Positions 62,801 to 64,000 of a stretch of DNA of 64,000 bases are shown here, piece after piece. The stretch comes from Sneathiellales bacterium (GTDB taxonomy: Bacteria; Pseudomonadota; Alphaproteobacteria; JANQFL01). Under the pieces are notes generated by a model that was given only the letters and a program-made list of their open reading frames with translations, had not been told where the DNA came from and did no database searches. How positions within the stretch are numbered: position 1 is the first letter of the stretch; each line of letters begins with the position of its first letter. A program made the translations under genes and the position numbers. Location: contig JANQFL010000094.1 in NCBI GenBank assembly GCA_028277845.1, positions 26,791 to 90,790 of the forward strand. The letters run 5' to 3'.

Positions 62801-63826
62801 TCGACCACCGGCGCCGGCAGTGTGGCCGGTCTCGGCGCCTTCGCCGACGAGGACCTGATCGAATGGGACGGCACAAGCTTCTCCATGCTGTTCGACGGCA
62901 GCGAAAGTAGCCTGGGCAGCGCCGTGGATATCGACGGCGTGCATATTCTGGACAACGGCAACCTCGTTCTCTCCACCGTGTCCGATCACGCCCTGCCGGA
63001 CGGCGCCGGCGGTACGCTGGCCGCGCTGGATGGCGACCTGATCGAGTACAATCCGGGATCGGCCGCCGTCGACGGACTGGCGCCGCAAGCGGCGCGCATC
63101 GTCTTCGCCGAGGACACCTTCGTCAGCAGCGATGATATCGATGGTGCCTCGATGCTGTCCGACGACACCATGGTCATAACGGTCAAGGGCTCGGAAGGCC
63201 TGCCCGGCTTGGGTTCGTTCTACGACGAAGACCTGGTTTCCTGGGACGGCGTCACGGGCGATCTGTACTTCGACGGCAGCACCCACGGATTGTCGTCGTC
63301 GAGCGAAGACACCGACGCTGTGCACGTGCTCGATAACAGCGGCGAGGCCGTGGGCGACGACTTCTCCGGCCTCATCAATCTGATCGGTTCGGACCATGGC
63401 GACATTCTGGTCGGCAACGGCGCCGGCAATACCCTGACGGGCGGCGGCGGCGGCGACATCCTGATCGGCGGTCTCGGCGCGGACATTTTGGCCGGCGGCG
63501 CCGGCGGCGACACGCTGATCGGCGGGCTGAACGGCGATACCTACGCCTTTGCCGCCAGCGACGGCGTGGACACCGTCATCGGCTTCGACCGGGCCGAGGG
63601 CGACGTGCTCGACTTCCGCGACCTGTTCGACGGCGGCCCCGCCCCGGACGCCGCGACCGTCGGTCAATTCCTCGACGTCGCGGTGGGGGACGACAGCGCG
63701 ACCCTGCGTGTCGACATGGACGGCGGCGGCAACGGCTTTACCGATCTGGCCACTTTCGCCGGCGTGCCGTTCGGCAACGCGGATCTCGCGTCCATGCTGC
63801 AGGACGGGACGATCCTGGTGATCTGA
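50816..63826 (+). CDS. Giant (4336 aa) secreted multidomain protein: kexin-like S8 peptidase + P-domain, RTX repeats, about 28 VCBS/cadherin-like tandem repeats, two T1SS-type C-terminal modules
   Basis: A single uninterrupted frame with a GGAG ribosome-binding site 8 nt upstream. The N-terminus has DPRFSDQWHLQN, GIVDSG (Asp), DHATATTGTAAA (His) and GTSFSSP (Ser), followed by a proprotein-convertase P-domain (DLHITLTSPDGTES...WTLTLEG). Then come RTX GGxGxD nonapeptides and about 95-aa repeats with the ANDxDxDGDxL...DNGDGTxTYTPxxxFxGxDSFTYTVSDGxGGSDTATV...VNDAPVA pattern. The C-terminus resembles a type I secretion target domain. Confidence 0.85.
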   Translation: MTSRLFAFAASAFSGEYDWWQWRAGAGEFHSPFGWRPGGVSATVGTFEVAGSMAALPTDPRFSDQWHLQNTGQNGGTAGVDINVVPVWDDYTGQGVTIGIVDSGVQYTHPDLAPNYNTSIDYDAWGRDDDPAPNSSEDHATATTGTAAAAANNGTGVVGVAHGAEVAGFRMDFDSGTQGQIADNMARQVDVDISNNSWGYGGYFFDDFDSSTFAASAAGIENAVSAGRGGLGTVFVFAAGNDGDSGQDVNYHSFQNSPYTIAVGAVDNTGARADFSTPGAALLVSAPGVDIVTTDKTGSGGYVSGDYVTIDGTSFSSPIVAGTVALMLEANPNLGYRDVQEILGYSARSDKLTGSSWQINGAENWNGGGLHVSHDFGFGLVDAHAAVRLAETWTLQHTYSNLASHSTVAQVNQAINDFQPVYSTITVADTGALQIDHVRVDLDIDHTWVGDLHITLTSPDGTESVLINRPGKTSYNRYGTSRDDIKFEVTSTQYWGENGVGDWTLRVNDAVSGDQGTFNDWTLTLEGDPVTDDDLYVITDEFVAAGNSGFTIDDSAGTDTVNAAAVTTDTVLNLTPGLMSSIANGSFYLDPATLIENAYTGDGNDQLIGNTADNVLDGGRGDDNLFGGLGNDELIGGAGDDVMEGGEGEDVAVFSGNLADYDIVVDNAIITVTDLNAGDRDDGTNTLTGIEGAQFADQYVSFNFEPPDNVPPVAVDDALAATEDTALTFGATDLLANDSDANGDGLSLTYFTQPAHGALADNGDGTLTYTPDADYFGSDNFTYTVSDGYVTDTGTVAITVAPVNDQPVAADDSTYTHENTPLVIDTSSLLGNDTDVDGDTLSITALSQPGNGSVVDNGDGTLTYTPNAEYFGDDSFTYTVSDGQGASDTATVDVRVIFVNNPPVAVDDTATTDEDQTITIPIATLLGNDSDADGHALEIYSLSNPNNGSVYKNTSAGTVVYRPNPDFNGTDTFTYKAFDGYNTSNTATVTITVNPVNDAPTANADSIVTDEDTPVAFSSVALLANDTDAEGDNLIIVGVSDGSDGTVSDNGDGTYTYTPNADFAGLDTLTYSVEDGRGGVSNGTITVTVNSINDKPVAVDDNLVTDEDTAFVIAAADLLANDSDPDGDTLTLTSISTATNGHLHDFGDGTYNYRPSQDFYGTDQLTYTVSDSQGNSDTATVTITVNSVNDRPYTQDDAFVTHQNDPVTFTNAQLLANDIDREGDTLEVTYVHLVAHGELVDNGDGTYTYTPAYGFSGEDWAWYGIVDSNGGTNFDSGRVSFDVQLDQNNIEPVAGDDFFVTNKDAALVISAADLLSNDTDADVNDALTVWSHMQPNNGSVVDNEDGTFTYTPNAGFVGTDQFEYWLFDGNHVLNGKSIGRVFVTINPDNITPVAGDDTVTTDEDTPIIIATADLLANDGDGDGDALSITTISQGQNGSLTDNGDGTFTYTPNAHFHGSDNLTYNVTDGKGGNDTATVDITVNSVNDIPVAVDDTYGSEEDTPRTLYAAQFTHNDVDDDGDPLTITFLSQGEHGTIIDNGDGTYTYTPDADYYGPETFTYIVSDGNGGSDTGTMTYTVYAVNDYPVAVDDTFSTYKNTSLGFTANDLLANDYDIEGDPLSIEHIWTPPNGSIVDHGDGTYTYTPNNGFVGNDTFRVRVSEINDDHLTNDSFITVVVTPEPPAVSAADDTVRTEEDSSVIIAAADLLTNDVDLEGDDLSITDLTSTSNGTLIDNGNGTYTYTPIADFNGSDSFTYTASDGNGNSDTATVRITIDPVNDVPVAADDAVTTDEDTPLIMAAATLTGNDSDADGDALTITAVSDGANGSVALNGDGSVTYTPDANFNGSDSFSYTVSDGNGGADTATVSVTINPVNDAPIVPDVYLTVDEDQFNYVSAADLLANVTDIEGDVDPGDWQPITWSEPAHGTIWTSTTSGSGSGSGYGGQFDYGGVGGIGSWDGIGSGLGFGGSIGGSTDVFIPSEIVSLGFGPREQDQADAGQGELRAMDASPLYINYSPDPDYNGTDQYTFTVTDANGASGSGTVYITINPVNDAPVAADDTVTTQQGAAVIATPLANDGDVDGDALNISGFTQAANGTVADNGDGTLTYTPYADFFGLDSFTYTISDGQGGSDTATVGVTVDELPPNTVSYADEGAGLTATLTSDAFVMSTNGVGNTPLTGEFREDDLVVWDGSTHNRFLNADDIGLDANIDALFVRSNGNIVFSTSSSGNLNGIGNFGDEDLIEWDGTAFSMWFDAGANGIDTGEDIDAVHVLENGNLILSTTGGASVDQNGGGTLGLEDGDLFEFNPGTTTVDGLAAKTARLVFSEDDFLGNEDIDATSQLADGTTVLSTMGSATLPVSQSFADEDLVQWDGTAAGKLFDGGGNDLETYTEDIDAVHMLVNTGAAAGADYAGINNLIGTAFDDTLVGHDAENRLEGGGGDDILIGGGGNDILVGGAGADILIGGLGADTFVFTAADLGTGLDKIYRYDQTGVPVEQSDNLDLSGLFLGGPVPDRDTIDQFLRFQDDGDWVIMQVDTDGSGGSAGFQDLAHFTVRPFAISDLPGLMDNGKIIVGTPNENPVAGNDTAATDEDTPLIIAAADLLANDSDGDGDSLSVTAISNGAHGNLSDNGNGTFTYTPDANYNGADSFTYTVSDGRGGSDTGTVDISVVSVNDAPSAENDIHYTDENVPIIISIADLLSNDSDIDGGTLSVVSFTQGVIGSVVDNGDGTITYTPEPNRWGADRFTYTVSDNQGGSDTAEVIVDITMVNYRPTAVDDSVSTDEDTGIVITYASLLANDYDVDGDSLGFRWYDQPQNGHIVDDHYGTLTYTPDANFFGTDTFVYYANDGRVFSNPAIVTVTVNPIDDAPVATDDSVSTLEDRPLIIGANVLANDIDVDGDGLTITGVSQGNHGTVSNNGDGTYTYTPDADYAGPDTVTYTVSDGQGGSDIATVDITLDSVNDEPVAADDNFSTDEDLPLLVTVVDLLANDSDTEGDGLSIAAVTQGVNGSVIDNGDGTFTYTPNADFHGSDSFSYTVSDGNGGSDTATVAITVNPVNDAPVAADDALWLDEDTTLTITTADLIGNDGDAEGDSLTVTSVSQGTHGSVTNNGDGTFTYSPGINYNGADSLTYTVSDSNGGEATASISITVDPVNDAPVAADNSFFSQEDVPTSLSLGLLLAGATDVDGDNLILAGYTQPVYGTLTENSHGHFVYLTNANFYGTDSFTYTVSDGNGGSDTATMTVNVLPVNDWPIPTDDDVVADEDTPLIIATADLLANDTDIEGDSLSFGSLIEGSYGTVVNNGDGTITYTPDSNFNGFDSFRYFVRDHSSTQIGTVNVTVNPVNDAPTAEIDSFLTPTNTSAIISAAQLVSNDTDIDGDSLSVTGYTQGSNGNITDNGDGTFTYTPDTDFVGFDTFDYTVSDGSDSSTATVTVTVGLGNFAPVANDDSFTTDEDSPFIFTKADLLANDVDLNGDFLNHAGFRSPLPRDFDLEWIEGHTWSFVPDADFAGVAHFYYQIYDSSGEWNEGQVTVTVNPVNDAPVAVDDIVKAQIDTPLVIDGTDLVANDSDIDGDDLTVAGFTQAANGSVTDNGNGTLTYTANTGFSGTDVFTYSTSDGNGGSDVATVNVLVSAIDAVDDNVTTNEDAPLVIAFADLLANDDGNGNDLTLTDFSQTSNGTLTDNGDETFTYTPDADYYGSDNFTYTVFDGSDISFATVAVTVDPVNDAPVAVDALLTAIEDSTRTIQPFRFLHNDTDPDGDSLTIVDVTQAQHGSVTLNADGTVTYISDADYSGPDTFTYTISDGELTSTANAFVDVQARNDRPVAADDSVTTNENAPVTFSAASLLANDTDVDGDALSIIGFSQATGGSVSNNGDGTLTYTPNSGFTGTDSFTYTVSDGNGGSDTATVHVTVGPAGGRIDDETFSYVDASTGVTANLGSEAFVFSTYRGGSVDGVGGFADEDLLLWDGSEYSKLLDGGSVGLSASDENIDALFVRANGNIVFSTTGAGSVAGLGAFADEDLIEWDGTSFSMLFDGSESSLGSAVDIDGVHILDNGNLVLSTVSDHALPDGAGGTLAALDGDLIEYNPGSAAVDGLAPQAARIVFAEDTFVSSDDIDGASMLSDDTMVITVKGSEGLPGLGSFYDEDLVSWDGVTGDLYFDGSTHGLSSSSEDTDAVHVLDNSGEAVGDDFSGLINLIGSDHGDILVGNGAGNTLTGGGGGDILIGGLGADILAGGAGGDTLIGGLNGDTYAFAASDGVDTVIGFDRAEGDVLDFRDLFDGGPAPDAATVGQFLDVAVGDDSATLRVDMDGGGNGFTDLATFAGVPFGNADLASMLQDGTILVI
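52940..57240 (+). repeat. Tandem array 1 of about 14 VCBS/cadherin-like repeats of about 95 aa (protein-coding) inside the giant gene
   Basis: A recurrent (P)VAxDD...LLANDxDxDGDxL...VNDxP period is visible in the translation. The repeats have diverged at the DNA level. Confidence 0.8.
58535..62540 (+). repeat. Tandem array 2 of about 14 VCBS/cadherin-like repeats of about 95 aa inside the giant gene
   Basis: The same repeat family as array 1, with GC about 47-55%, clearly below the protease and RTX segments. Confidence 0.8.
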
Positions 63827-63851
63827 CGCGCCGCCCGGTTGGCTCCGGCGT

Positions 63852-64000
63852 TCAAATCTCCAGCGGTGCGTTGTCGACGACTTCCTTCATGACGAAAAAC
63901 GTGCGGGTCTGGCGCACGCCGGGCAGGGCGATCAACTCCTCGCCGTGCAGGCGCTTGAAATCGGCGATGTCGCGGGCGCGGATCTTGAGGAAATAGTCGA
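63852..64000 (-). CDS. Lrp/AsnC-family transcriptional regulator, C-terminal (RAM domain) fragment; N-terminus beyond window
   Basis: The reverse-strand translation ends ...IRARDIADFKRLHGEELIALPGVRQTRTFFVMKEVVDNAPLEI*. Confidence 0.6.
   Translation of the reverse strand, partial: DYFLKIRARDIADFKRLHGEELIALPGVRQTRTFFVMKEVVDNAPLEI

Noticed and set aside
50936-63667. Minus-strand ORFs 50936-53266 (776 aa), 55982-57388, 57479-58954, 62363-63667
   Set aside because: They are antisense to the giant gene. The plus frame shows a continuous, internally periodic domain architecture.

Overview
High-GC (about 65-70%) alphaproteobacterial chromosome segment, Rhodospirillales-like. The left 29 kb is conserved core: an mce-rnj-coaX-birA block, the complete 14-gene NADH:quinone oxidoreductase operon nuoN to nuoA on the minus strand, tRNA-Asp, a two-gene flavocytochrome c sulfide dehydrogenase insert (fccAB) wedged between tRNA-Asp and tRNA-Val, then hupB-lon-clpX-clpP-tig and tRNA-Leu. 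The middle 20 kb is accessory-looking metabolism and signalling: an amidase-nnr-malonyl-CoA decarboxylase operon with a divergent oxidoreductase/hydrolase/cyclase operon, SDRs, tRNA-His, an aminotransferase plus enolase-superfamily enzyme operon, a TetR regulator translationally coupled to a membrane adenylate cyclase behind a perfect 16-bp palindrome, a low-GC patch with an Stf0-type sulfotransferase, PEP-mutase/VOC/AraC genes and a cold-shock protein. The last 13 kb is one 4336-aa gene: an N-terminal kexin-like subtilisin (S8) domain with a proprotein-convertase P-domain, about 28 VCBS/cadherin-like tandem repeats of about 95 aa, RTX nonapeptide repeats, and a C-terminal type I secretion-like module that is also present as an internal copy. 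No transposases, integrases, CRISPR arrays or recognisable defence systems were seen. Many long ORFs in the six-frame track are antisense or out-of-frame artefacts of the high GC content. ORF-track coordinates were used for gene ends. Hand-derived starts, tRNAs and motifs may be off by 1-2 nt, and all family assignments are from reading the translations with no search run.
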